From contig CAISKC010000126.1 in NCBI GenBank assembly GCA_903885895.1, positions 1-29,003 on the forward strand: a stretch of 29,003 bases of DNA, in the 5' to 3' direction. The stretch is from an uncultured Legionella sp. GTDB lineage: Bacteria > Pseudomonadota > Gammaproteobacteria > Legionellales > Legionellaceae. How positions within the stretch are numbered: position 1 is the stretch's first letter; each line of letters starts with the position of its first letter. Shown piece by piece: positions 16,057 to 27,300 of the stretch. The notes under the pieces are model-generated. The model was not told where the DNA came from. It did no database searches and worked only from the letters and a program-made list of their open reading frames with translations. Position numbers and translations under genes: made by a program.

Positions 16057-16762
16057 AAATTTCTTCCAAGAACGTATTAATTAATTGCGTAGAACGCTGT
16101 GCCGCTGCAGCAGAAAACATTAAGCCTAGCTCTGTATCATGCGCATGCGGGTTGGTGAATGCATGTTTTGTGAGACCGAAGCTATGGGCTTGCCAATCGA
16201 CTTTTTGATGGGTCATTTCCTGACAAAAAGTCGTCAATTGTTCTGGGGGAACCATAGGATCGTCATAGCCATGTAACGCTAATATTTTAGCGGTTATGGT
16301 TTGATTTGGCAGCTCCTTGGGTTGATGTAAGAGGCCATGCACCGAGATAGCACCTTTGAGATCTGCACCGCTCCGTGCAAGATCCAACGCGCATAATCCC
16401 CCGAAACAATAACCCACAATCGCAATTTTCTTTTGATTGACTTCCGGTAATGCGCTGACTGCATCGAATGCGGCTTGAATGCGTGTTCGTAGCAGTAGGC
16501 GATCTTGCATCAATGGTTGGATCAATGCTTGTTTCGCAGCATTGGTTTTTTCAGTATGTCCTAAACCAAACATATCAATGGCGAAGCCGACATATCCTAA
16601 TTCAGCGAAAAGGTGCGCTTTTTGTTGAAAAAATTCATTTTGTCCAGACCAATCATGCGCAATCAATACCGCAGGTTTGGGTTGATCATCTTTCTCTGTA
16701 TAAGCAAGATACCCATGTAATTCATGTTCATTATGATGATAAATATGTTTGGAATGATGCAT
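16049..16762 (-). CDS. Dienelactone hydrolase family protein
   Basis: Nucleophile elbow GYCFGG, HGYDDPMV (Asp), KHAFTNP (His); PAVLIAHDWSG. Confidence 0.9.
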   Translation of the reverse strand: MHHSKHIYHHNEHELHGYLAYTEKDDQPKPAVLIAHDWSGQNEFFQQKAHLFAELGYVGFAIDMFGLGHTEKTNAAKQALIQPLMQDRLLLRTRIQAAFDAVSALPEVNQKKIAIVGYCFGGLCALDLARSGADLKGAISVHGLLHQPKELPNQTITAKILALHGYDDPMVPPEQLTTFCQEMTHQKVDWQAHSFGLTKHAFTNPHAHDTELGLMFSAAAAQRSTQLINTFLEEIFG

Positions 16763-16833
16763 AATGTCTAGCCAATGGATGCGTATAGTTCATTAGTGTA
16801 TGATGAACATATGAGCTTCGCAATGGGTTTTTT

Positions 16834-18543
16834 ATGGATCTTGTCAAAACACAAGTGAATCAAGAGTTCGAGCGTGCCTTACGCCTACAAGAACACGGTG
16901 ACTATGAACAAGCTGTTGTGGTGTATCAGCGCTTGCTGCAAGATGACCCTAAAAGAATGGCTGTTTGGGGATATCTAGCGATTGCATATTTAGAGGCCGG
17001 TCGTGGGCAGTTGGCATTGGACACTTTGGACAAAGCCTTAGGCTTGGCGCCTAACGAAATTAATTTACATATGCAACGAGCTTATGTTTGTAAGCGTTTA
17101 CAGCAGCCTGAGCAAGTCATCGCGCATTATCAACATGTATTAAGTCTGAATCCTAATTATGCGAAGGCACATAACAATCTTGCTGCAGAATATGCCGCCA
17201 GTGATTGCTATCAATTGGCTTTACAACATTATCGGCATGCCGTGCATTGTGACCCTGCGCTGGTTCCTGCTCATTTTAATTTGGGCATGTTATTGCTGCA
17301 GCACGGAGAATGGGACGCTGCAGAAACACAGTTTCGTAATGTGCTTATTCTTGATCCTGACCATGAGGCGACTTATTATTATCTCGGCACGCTGTATTTA
17401 GAAATGCATAAATTGGATGAAGCAGAGACAGCGTTACAATTTTTATTGAGCCGATCGCCAGAACATGTGGACGGTTGGGTGAATCGAGGTGTGGTTGCGC
17501 TAAAACTGAAGCAAGAACAGACGGCGATTGATTATTTTACTCAAGCATTGATTTTGGATAACCATCATCGTGAAGCACGCAATAATATGGCTGCAACCTT
17601 GATTCATTTTGATCGCTACGAGCCTGCTTTGCAATATTATGCCGGATTACTCCGAGATGAACCGCGTAATGTGGAGTATTTGTATAATTCTGGTGTAGCC
17701 GAAATGGGATTGGGGCATTTACAGGCAGCACAGCAATTATTTCAACAAGTCTTGACGATAGATGTGCGGCATTTTGGTGCGTTAAGTAATTTGGCGGCTA
17801 TTCAGATGCGCTTGGGGGATCGTCTTGCGGCCTGTGCATTGTTGGAACGTGCGCTGGTGATACAACCGCAAGATGCTGCCAGTCGTTTTATGCTGCAAGC
17901 TTTGCGTGGAGATCGACAAGAACAACAGGCTTGTCCAGAATATGTGCAAGATTTGTTTAATCATTATGCTGTTTATTATGATGCACATATGGAACGAGTT
18001 TTGGACTATGCTGTTCCACGACGGTTGTGGCAATTATTGCATCAAGATCCTGTGCGCTCTTATCCGAGGGCGTTAGATTTGGGATGTGGGACAGGGTTGA
18101 GTGGTATGATTGTACGCCCTCTGACGCAGCATCTGACGGGGGTGGATTTGGCAGCCAAAATGCTTGCAATTGCAAGAGGGAAAAGCATTTATGATGAGTT
18201 GATAGAGGCGGAATTATTGGCATTTTTACAACAGAATACGGTAAAATATGATCTCGTGGTCGCAGCGGATGTTTTGCCATATTTAGGTGATTTATCTCCC
18301 TTACTGGCTGTTATGTCTACACAGTTGACATCGGGGGCTGTATTTTGGTTTACTACCGAAATCAGTACGGATGTACCATGGGTCTTACAAAGCAGTATGC
18401 GTTTTTGCCACCATCCTGATTATATTCAGCAGGTATGCCAACAACATCAGTACACCCTTATTCATCAAGAAACAATAGTAGCTCGTAAGCAAGATGAACA
18501 GGATTTGAAAGTAAATTTATTTGGAGTGAAGGGGAGTTTATGA
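16834..18543 (+). CDS. TPR-repeat protein with C-terminal class I SAM-dependent methyltransferase (COG4976-like)
   Basis: About 10 TPR-like repeats (AHNNLA, AHFNLG, TYYYLG, ARNNMA, ALSNLA), then YVQDLFNHYA..YD, ALDLGCGTG, LTGVDLAAKML, YDLVVAADVLPYLGDL. Confidence 0.88.
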   Translation: MDLVKTQVNQEFERALRLQEHGDYEQAVVVYQRLLQDDPKRMAVWGYLAIAYLEAGRGQLALDTLDKALGLAPNEINLHMQRAYVCKRLQQPEQVIAHYQHVLSLNPNYAKAHNNLAAEYAASDCYQLALQHYRHAVHCDPALVPAHFNLGMLLLQHGEWDAAETQFRNVLILDPDHEATYYYLGTLYLEMHKLDEAETALQFLLSRSPEHVDGWVNRGVVALKLKQEQTAIDYFTQALILDNHHREARNNMAATLIHFDRYEPALQYYAGLLRDEPRNVEYLYNSGVAEMGLGHLQAAQQLFQQVLTIDVRHFGALSNLAAIQMRLGDRLAACALLERALVIQPQDAASRFMLQALRGDRQEQQACPEYVQDLFNHYAVYYDAHMERVLDYAVPRRLWQLLHQDPVRSYPRALDLGCGTGLSGMIVRPLTQHLTGVDLAAKMLAIARGKSIYDELIEAELLAFLQQNTVKYDLVVAADVLPYLGDLSPLLAVMSTQLTSGAVFWFTTEISTDVPWVLQSSMRFCHHPDYIQQVCQQHQYTLIHQETIVARKQDEQDLKVNLFGVKGSL

Positions 18544-19496
18544 GATTTTTAGGACGCTTGATACGTAGCTGGCTCATTAGCGAAAACAATTATAATCCAG
18601 ATAGTTTAGAAAGTAATACGATAGATTGGCTTAGAGTTGTACCATTTGTTTTACTTATTTTGAGTTGTGTTTTTGTTTTTTATGTGCATTGTTCTTTGAT
18701 TGCAGTGATGACTGCGGTGTTCCTCCTTTTTTTCCGTGCGTGGACAATTTGTGCATTCTATCATCGTTATTTTTCACATAAAACGTTTAAAACCAATCGG
18801 TTTTGGCAATTTATATTTGCTGCACTTGCGGGTACGGCTATTCAACGTGGGCCATTATGGTGGGCGTCACATCATCGCCAACATCATATGGTCTCTGATC
18901 AACCAGACGATGCGCATTCGCCCGTTCAGCATGGGTTTTGGTGGAGTCATGTTGGATGGTTCCTTACAAAAAAATATCACAATTATAATCCTGATCGTGT
19001 CAAAGACCTTGAAAGGTATCCAGAGCTTGTATTTCTTGAGCGCTATCATATTGTCATGCCTGTGTTACTGTTCTTCGTTCTTTTGATGATGGGTTGGCTT
19101 CTCCAAATGTATCGGCCAGAACTCAATACAGGAATAGGTGAAATGCTTGTTTGGGGCTTCAGTATCTCAACGGTTGCTTTGTTTAATGTTACGGCATTGA
19201 TTAATTCTCTTTGCCACGTATTTGGTACAAGACGCTACGATACGACCGATAATAGCAGAAATAATTTACTATTTGCGCTACTGGCTTTAGGAGAAGGCTG
19301 GCATAACAATCATCATCACTACCCTGCTTCAGCACGCCAGGGATTTATGTGGTGGGAAATTGATATTACTTATTACTTGATCAAATTAATGGAATGGCTT
19401 GGGATTGTTTGGGATGTGGCACCAGTCCCTCAAGCAGTTTTAGAAAAAAATTGGATTAAAAAACCTGATAATAAAAATGAAACGCTGGAGTTTTAG
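18540..19496 (+). CDS. Membrane-bound acyl-CoA/acyl-lipid desaturase (delta-9-like)
   Basis: Three His boxes HRYFSH, HRQHH, HNNHH; DSPHSP-like DAHSP, GEGWHNNHH, WWEIDITY; ATGA overlap with the upstream stop. Confidence 0.92.
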   Translation: MRFLGRLIRSWLISENNYNPDSLESNTIDWLRVVPFVLLILSCVFVFYVHCSLIAVMTAVFLLFFRAWTICAFYHRYFSHKTFKTNRFWQFIFAALAGTAIQRGPLWWASHHRQHHMVSDQPDDAHSPVQHGFWWSHVGWFLTKKYHNYNPDRVKDLERYPELVFLERYHIVMPVLLFFVLLMMGWLLQMYRPELNTGIGEMLVWGFSISTVALFNVTALINSLCHVFGTRRYDTTDNSRNNLLFALLALGEGWHNNHHHYPASARQGFMWWEIDITYYLIKLMEWLGIVWDVAPVPQAVLEKNWIKKPDNKNETLEF

Positions 19497-19563
19497 CGAT
19501 AAGCTTCCTGAGAAAGAGAGTGTGTTGAATAAGCGGTGTTATCTCTAATGGATATGAGGAATG

Positions 19564-19755
19564 TCATCCTACGCCTAGCGATTTGTCTGGCGTTGTTGCA
19601 TCCCCACGCAGGCTAGGATCCATTCATCGTTGTAGCATTGTGCTCAGAGGATAGATCCCCGCCTACGCGGGGAAGACATGTGAACAGAATGTCATGACAA
19701 ATGGTAAACTAGATTTTATGTAACAACGCCGGACTAGCCGCGAGATGTAGGCTGA
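19564..19755. repeat. Nested palindromic elements between convergent genes
   Basis: Outer 37-nt arms 19564-19600 / 19719-19755 (28/37 Watson-Crick) enclose an inner pair 19598-19623 / 19651-19677 of the GTCATCCCCGCG.AGGCGGGGATC type. Confidence 0.7.
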
Positions 19756-19775
19756 ATTTTTTGGTTACAAACAAA

Positions 19776-20168
19776 TCATAAATCTGTTTTTGTAACTGTC
19801 AGACCATGCTCATCTAATACCCAAACTGCATCGGCATTATTTTGGATGAAGACAGATTGACTGTATGAGCGGCATGATGAGGTCAATATACCGCAATAAT
19901 ACATTTGCATGACATAGATGCCGGCGAGATGTTGCGTATGATTTTCATCAAAAAATACGGTATGCGTACCAGGATAGATGTACCCTTTGTGGACTTCGCC
20001 ACTTGGATCTAAGAGTTCATAATGAACTTGAAAATTGTCGCCACGTTCAATGTAATTATTGATAATAATGTGATTGATGTAACTGACATGAGTAGGCTCA
20101 TCTGCATAGACAAATGGACTAAAACAGAGAGTGAGGATGAGTTGACAGAATAAAGCTATTTTTTTCAT
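19776..20168 (-). CDS. Hypothetical exported protein
   Basis: 130 aa; signal peptide MKKIALFCQLILTLCFSPFVYA-D; GGAG SD; beta-rich, His-rich mature part with a close Cys pair (YYCGILTSSC). Confidence 0.75.
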   Translation of the reverse strand: MKKIALFCQLILTLCFSPFVYADEPTHVSYINHIIINNYIERGDNFQVHYELLDPSGEVHKGYIYPGTHTVFFDENHTQHLAGIYVMQMYYCGILTSSCRSYSQSVFIQNNADAVWVLDEHGLTVTKTDL

Positions 20169-20198
20169 GATAAAATCTCCAAAAATGTATCAAATGAA

Positions 20199-20226
20199 CG
20201 TCATGCGTACTTTTTCTAGCATGACG
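20199..20226. repeat. Short CGTC...GACG hairpin (minimal CGTC-type repeat or terminator)
   Basis: CGTCATGC (20199-20206) / GCATGACG (20219-20226), 12-nt loop; followed on the minus strand by TTCATTTG. Confidence 0.4.
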
Positions 20227-20240
20227 CTACCGTTCCTTTG

Positions 20241-20319
20241 TCTACTTTGTTTTCCATGCTCTAATGGTCGCCGCAGAGATCTTTGATAGCGACCGTTAGG
20301 GCGTGGAAAACAAAGTAGA
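20241..20319. repeat. 79-bp palindrome just downstream of trxB
   Basis: 31-nt arms 20241-20271 / 20289-20319, 28/31 Watson-Crick; the three exceptions are all T-G on the plus strand. Confidence 0.8.
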
Positions 20320-20326
20320 GAGGGGT

Positions 20327-21349
<1,023 letters not shown>

Positions 21350-21351
21350 TC

Positions 21352-23718
21352 ATGATAAAACAAAATCGTTCACGCGAGTCCGAACCTTCTCAATCAACCG
21401 CTGCTCAACGTTTGACGAAACATATGACAGAGGGTGGTTTTATTTTAATTTTGGCTTTAGCCGTGTTGGTCTTGTTTTCTTTGTTGACGCATACAGCGCA
21501 AGATGAAACGGTGAATGCGGGTGGGAAAGTGGGCGAATTTATAGCGACTACTTTTTACCAAGTATTTGGCTATTGCTCCTATCTGTTACCCATTTTTATT
21601 TTTTATCTGGCGGGGAGTTTGTTGCTGGAGCATCGTGCTTTGTCGGTTCTTCATCAAGGCACGATGGTATTGCGTGCAGTGGGTTTGGTGTTGTTTATAT
21701 TGAGCATGTGCGGATTGGTTAATTTGCAAATGAGTCCTAATGAGACCGCCGGTATTCAGTTTTCGGGCGGTATCATTGGACAAATGTTGATGATACATTT
21801 GACACAAGCGCTGAATGTGCAAGGCGCCGTGCTTATTCTATCAGCTTTATTCATGGTTGGTATCTCTTGGGTGACTGGTTTATCTTGGGTTGTAGCGCTA
21901 GAATGGATTGGAAGTAAAGCTTCGCTGTTGACCAAGATCATTGCTCGCAAATTAGCCGATGCTTATGTCTGGGCGCAAGCAGCTTTACAGGAATTCTTGG
22001 CAGAAAGAGCTGCACAAGTAGAAGAAAAGATTGTACAAGATTTGAAACCGGTTGTATCAGTGAAAGCTGAGAAAAGACCGCAAGAGAACGTGCCAAAATT
22101 GATGACGAATTTACCGGCTACGGTACTTAAAGAAGTGAACATAGCGCTTAATCCTCCTAGTGATACGAAGAAAAAAGCATCAGCCGTCAAACGTGAAATA
22201 TCAGTCCATGAGGACGGAGATAGTGTATTACCACCTTTGGCATTACTATCGCCGGGGCATCCCAAACAAGTAATTTCTAGCGCCATGAATCAAGAATTAG
22301 AAAACTTATCTCGCAATTTAGAACAGCATTTGTTGGACTTTGGTATTCAAGTGGAAGTTGTGGCTGTACATCCAGGACCTGTGATTACTCGTTTTGAATT
22401 GCAATTGGCTGCGGGTATCAAAGCCAGTCGGTTGACTGCCTTAGCTAAAGATTTAGCCCGCTCGTTATCTGTAACCTCTGTGCGTATCGTCGAGATTATC
22501 CCAGGTAAAACAGTGGTAGGCATTGAATTGCCTAATCCTGTGCGTAATATGGTGTGTTTGTCGGACGTTTTATCAGCTGATGTATACCAGCAAGCGCATT
22601 CTCCTTTGACTTTAGCGTTAGGCGTGGACATCGCTGGTCATCCGATGGTGGTAGATTTGGCAAAAATGCCGCATTTGTTGGTGGCTGGCACGACTGGCTC
22701 AGGAAAATCAGTTGGCATTAATGCTATGATTTTAAGTTTATTATTCAAAGCGACGCCGGACGAAGTGCGTTTGATCATGGTCGACCCTAAAATGTTGGAA
22801 CTGTCTATTTATGATGGGATCCCACATTTGCTGACACCTGTGGTGACAGATATGAAAGAAGCTGCTAGTGCTTTACGCTGGTGTGTGGCTGAAATGGAGC
22901 GTCGTTATCGCTTGATGGCAGCGGTCGGCGTGCGTAATTTAGCAGGGTTTAATACCATGGTAACGGAGGCCAATACGCGAGGGGATGGCATCCTAGATCC
23001 TTTATGGAAAATTACGGATGCGCTAGATGTGGAAGCGCCAAAATTACAGCCATTGCCCTATGTCGTCGTCATCATTGATGAATTGGCCGATATGATGATG
23101 GTTGTGGGGAAAAAAGTAGAGCAATTGATTGCGAGAATTGCACAAAAAGCGCGTGCAGCTGGGATTCATTTGATTTTAGCAACACAACGACCTTCTGTAG
23201 ATGTGTTAACGGGTTTGATCAAATCTAATATTCCAACTCGGATTTCTTTTCAAGTATCTTCCAAAATTGATTCAAGGACTATTTTAGATCAGCAAGGTGC
23301 AGAGCAATTGTTAGGGCACGGGGATATGCTATTTTTAGCACCTGGTACGGGTGCGCCGTTACGAGTGCATGGTGCTTTTGTGGATGATCATGAAGTTCAT
23401 CGGGTGGCGGATGCTTGGCGAGCACGTGGCGCGCCAGATTATATTGAAGAAATTACACAAACAACCGGGGATCTTCTTGATGGGGATGCTGGAGAAGAAA
23501 AATCTGCTGTGGAAGATGCCGATCTCTTATATGATGAAGCGGTGGCGTTTGTGATGCAAACTCGTAAAGCGAGTATTTCTTCTGTGCAAAGACGGTTTAA
23601 AATTGGATATAACCGTGCAGCACGTTTGGTTGAGGAAATGGAACGTTGTGGTTTGGTTGGGCCGATGGAAGGCGGTTTTCGAGATGTGTTGGTCAATGCG
23701 GAAGTAGGGAATGAATAA
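21352..23718 (+). CDS. ftsK: DNA translocase FtsK
   Basis: N-terminal multi-TM domain, linker, motor domain with [14 protein letters not shown] (Walker A), [34 protein letters not shown]-terminal gamma domain ([22 protein letters not shown]). Confidence 0.97.
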   Translation: MIKQNRSRESEPSQSTAAQRLTKHMTEGGFILILALAVLVLFSLLTHTAQDETVNAGGKVGEFIATTFYQVFGYCSYLLPIFIFYLAGSLLLEHRALSVLHQGTMVLRAVGLVLFILSMCGLVNLQMSPNETAGIQFSGGIIGQMLMIHLTQALNVQGAVLILSALFMVGISWVTGLSWVVALEWIGSKASLLTKIIARKLADAYVWAQAALQEFLAERAAQVEEKIVQDLKPVVSVKAEKRPQENVPKLMTNLPATVLKEVNIALNPPSDTKKKASAVKREISVHEDGDSVLPPLALLSPGHPKQVISSAMNQELENLSRNLEQHLLDFGIQVEVVAVHPGPVITRFELQLAAGIKASRLTALAKDLARSLSVTSVRIVEIIPGKTVVGIELPNPVRNMVCLSDVLSADVYQQAHSPLTLALGVDIAGHPMVVDLAKMPHLLVAGTTGSGKSVGINAMILSLLFKATPDEVRLIMVDPKMLELSIYDGIPHLLTPVVTDMKEAASALRWCVAEMERRYRLMAAVGVRNLAGFNTMVTEANTRGDGILDPLWKITDALDVEAPKLQPLPYVVVIIDELADMMMVVGKKVEQLIARIAQKARAAGIHLILATQRPSVDVLTGLIKSNIPTRISFQVSSKIDSRTILDQQGAEQLLGHGDMLFLAPGTGAPLRVHGAFVDDHEVHRVADAWRARGAPDYIEEITQTTGDLLDGDAGEEKSAVEDADLLYDEAVAFVMQTRKASISSVQRRFKIGYNRAARLVEEMERCGLVGPMEGGFRDVLVNAEVGNE

Positions 23719-24361
23719 ACATATTGCAATGCCTGGGTCCATCGTAAAGATATGGCAGGGGTTGCTGTTCAGTTGGCTGTGTACGATGTCGTTGGGGGCT
23801 CATGCAGATGCTCCGGAGACTGTGGTGCAAAATAAATTGTCTGCCATTCATACGTTGCATGCTCATTTTTCGCAAACAGTTCATGCTAAACGGCATCTGA
23901 TCTCAACTAGTTCTGGTGTGATGGTGGTGGCCAGACCTAATCGATTTCGTTGGCAAACGATGCGGCCTATGGCTCAGTCTGTGGTTGCGGATGGCAAAAC
24001 AGTCTGGATTTATGATGTAGAACTAGAGCAAGTGACTGTCAGTAAGCAAACACGCAAACTGGGAGTAGCGGGAGCCTTATTTTTAAGTGGAGATGCGGAT
24101 GCAGTTAAGCGTGATTTTAAGGTCACATCTCGCCAGCTTGGGACGACGGTCATCTTTGATTTACACGCTAAATCATCTAAATCTAGTTTTGATCGTGTGC
24201 GTTTAACGTTTAAGAAAGGTATTTTGGCTGACATTGAATTGGATGATCAATTAGGGCAACATACCGCTATTCACTTATCTCAAGTTGTGATCAATCAACC
24301 TCAGCCAGCCCGCTTATTTCACTTGCATATTCCAGCCGGCGTGGATGTGGTGCATCAATGA
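23711..24361 (+). CDS. lolA: Outer-membrane lipoprotein carrier protein LolA
   Basis: Signal peptide; [44 protein letters not shown]...PAGVDVV; follows ftsK. Start position uncertain. Confidence 0.92.
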   Translation: MNKHIAMPGSIVKIWQGLLFSWLCTMSLGAHADAPETVVQNKLSAIHTLHAHFSQTVHAKRHLISTSSGVMVVARPNRFRWQTMRPMAQSVVADGKTVWIYDVELEQVTVSKQTRKLGVAGALFLSGDADAVKRDFKVTSRQLGTTVIFDLHAKSSKSSFDRVRLTFKKGILADIELDDQLGQHTAIHLSQVVINQPQPARLFHLHIPAGVDVVHQ

Positions 24362-27300
24362 GGCGCTTGAGAAAAAAATTTTGGCAAGGTACAGGGACAA
24401 GGATTTCTAAGCACGGATTGTTAACTGTTTTCCGTCATACCTGGAGTTTGTTAGCTGTTTTTTTGGTTGCTTTGGCTATTTTTTTTACTTTGTTTCGTGC
24501 GTTAACACCGTGGGTGAAGCAATACAGAGATCAAATCCAACAAGAATTATCGGTTTGGGTTGGTCAGAGTATTACTATTCATGATGTTGAGACGACTTGG
24601 TATTGGTTTACGCCAGTATTAAGATTTAATCAAATGGTCATCAGCGATGAGCAAGATCATGTGCTGCGCTTCAATCAAGTCATGGTTGGGATTGATTTGT
24701 TCAGTTCTTTGTTACATTGGCAGCTCCAACCAGGTGTGCTCTATGTGGATGAAGCTCATTTCAAGATTCAGCAACAAGATGATATTTGGCAAATTGAAGG
24801 GTTTGATTTACCAAATAAGCTACAAAAATCTGATAAACCATCTAGTTTATTACCTTTTCTGGGATTACTCGTAGCGCAAGATAAATTAATCATCAAACAC
24901 ATCTCAGCCGATATTACTTTACGTGATGGTAAGCATATCCCATTACAAAGCCTGCATATTAAGGCGGATCATCACGCACAAGACTATCGTATTTATGCGC
25001 AAGCTATTATCACAGGCAAGCCGGATGTTCATATGACCATGGTCGCGAAAGTGATGATGGACGGCAATGATTTTGAGACCTTATCAGGACAAATTTATTG
25101 GTCGGTCAATCGAACGAATTTGGCTTGGATTCAAACGTATTTCCCGCAAATGCCCGTACAGATTAAGCAAGGCACTGGGGGTGGAGAGGCCTGGGTAGAT
25201 ATCGTACATGGGCATTTGAAGACGGTGCAAGCTCGAGTGGAATTGAGTGATTTGACGGTACTAGAGCCTAATCGCACAAAACCGAGAACGTTACCTACTG
25301 TCACAGCAAATATGGCTTGGCAACATTTATCGTCAGGATGGCGGGTTACGGCTGACCATTGTTTGTTGAGTATGGATGGGATAGCGTGGCCAGAAAATGC
25401 ATTTATATTTGAATATCGTGAACCGATAGCTGAGTATCGTGGGTACGTTAAAACGTTACCGTTAAAACAATTGCTACAAACCGATTTTTCTTGGCCTAAA
25501 GAGATGGAACCGATCTTGGCGTTGAAGCCACGTGGCAATTTATATAATACGCAATTATCTTGGCAAAATGGGCAAGTGCGTGATGTGCTAACTAAATTTT
25601 CGGATTTGTCTTGGCGCGCGAAAAAAAATATGCCAGGGTTAACCGGGTTATCCGGTGCTGTGTATTGGCAGCCAACGGAAGGTCATTTGGACGTAGATGG
25701 TGAAAATACTGTGTTAAGTCTGCGAAAATCATTAGCACCTATTACGTTTGATACCTTTAATATTTCTTTAAACTGGCAATACTTAAGTCAAGGTTTGCGA
25801 TTGAGTTTGGATCGATTGGTATTAAGCCATCCAAATTTAGTTTTAAGTGCGACAGGTGTGTTGGATGATCCCATAGGACCTGCGGCCAACCTTCGGTTAC
25901 AAATGGATTTTTCAGCCAAAGAAGCGCAGTTTTGGTTGCCATATATTCCAAGTAAGGGCTTGAAACCCAAGCTCGATGTTTGGTTAAAACAGGATATCCC
26001 GCGTATTGCGCATGCCAGTGGGCGTATGCAAATTTCTGGACCTTTGGCCGATTTTCCTTTTGATGATAATCAAAAAGGGACATTTTCGATTCAATCCCAC
26101 GTGAATGGCGTAGATATACTCATTAATGAAGCTTGGCCAATGAATGCGGATATTGATGCCGATATTAATGTAAGTGGCCGGATGTTGCGGGCGGATGTTG
26201 ATCAAGCTAATTTGGCGGGTGTGACATTGCATCAAGTGAGTATATCTGTGCCAGATATTGGTATGGGGAAAGAGGTGTTTTTATTACATGGTATGGTGAA
26301 AGCACCGGGTGATCAGATCAAATCTTATGTATTTGCGACACCCTTAGTTAAGCGATTTGCACGTTGGCAGGCGGTGAGCGTGAAAGATCTATTGGGACTT
26401 GAGCTAAGTTTGGAAGTGCCACTTTATCCAGAGTCCGATCATGTCTATGCCAAAGGAATATTGGATTTTGATCAAAACGCTGTCGCTGTAGCGGTGGTAG
26501 ATAATGCTGCTGAGTTTTCTGGCGTAACGGGGCATTTGCATTTTAATGAATCTGGACTAACAAGTGGTGGTTTGGATGGATCGCTAGATGGATATCCTTT
26601 TGCAATGGGGGTGCAACCATTATTAGGGCCGCAAGCAGGAACTGAGATGCGGTTTGAAGGCGAAATAGCGATAGATTATCTTAAATACTTGGTTCACCAT
26701 CCTGTTTTTTCTTTGATGCAAGGGCGTGCCATTGTCACAGGTTTGTGGACTGTTTATCCAGATAATGCAGAGACTGATAAATTGTATCTGAATAGTTCAT
26801 TAGTAGGGATGGCGTTACATTTACCCAAACCATTCGGAAAATCAACGGCTGAGATTGTTCCTTTAACGGTTAACATTGATTTTTCTCCGAAACAGCGTAT
26901 GGATTTTCAAGTTCATTATGGTCAACAGGTAACAGGTTTGTTTACCATGCAAAAAAATGCGCAACAGAATTGGTTGACCACCGGTGGTTTTCATTTAGGA
27001 GAGGGTAGCTTCCCTAAGACGAATGCGTCAGGTTTGCGCATTAGCGGTTTGTTATCTAATGTAGATATGGACGCTTGGCAAAGAGTTTGGGAAAAATGGC
27101 CTCAGGAGTCTAGTTCTGCTTCATTGTTAACAAGTTTAAACGATGTGGACTTGAGCTTGGGTAATATGAGCTTTTCTGGGATGAATTATGCAAATGTCTC
27201 ATTGCATGCTCATCAAAATACGCCTAAAGAATGGTTGTTTAAAGTGCAGCAAAAGGATATTGCTGGTGATTTTACTTATAATTGGAGTAAAAATACGTTG

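Noticed and set aside
19477-19548. ATG AAA CGC overlapping the desaturase end as a remnant of the usual downstream FAD oxidoreductase
   Set aside because: Translates to MKRWSFSDKL..., 23 aa, with no GxGxxG motif.
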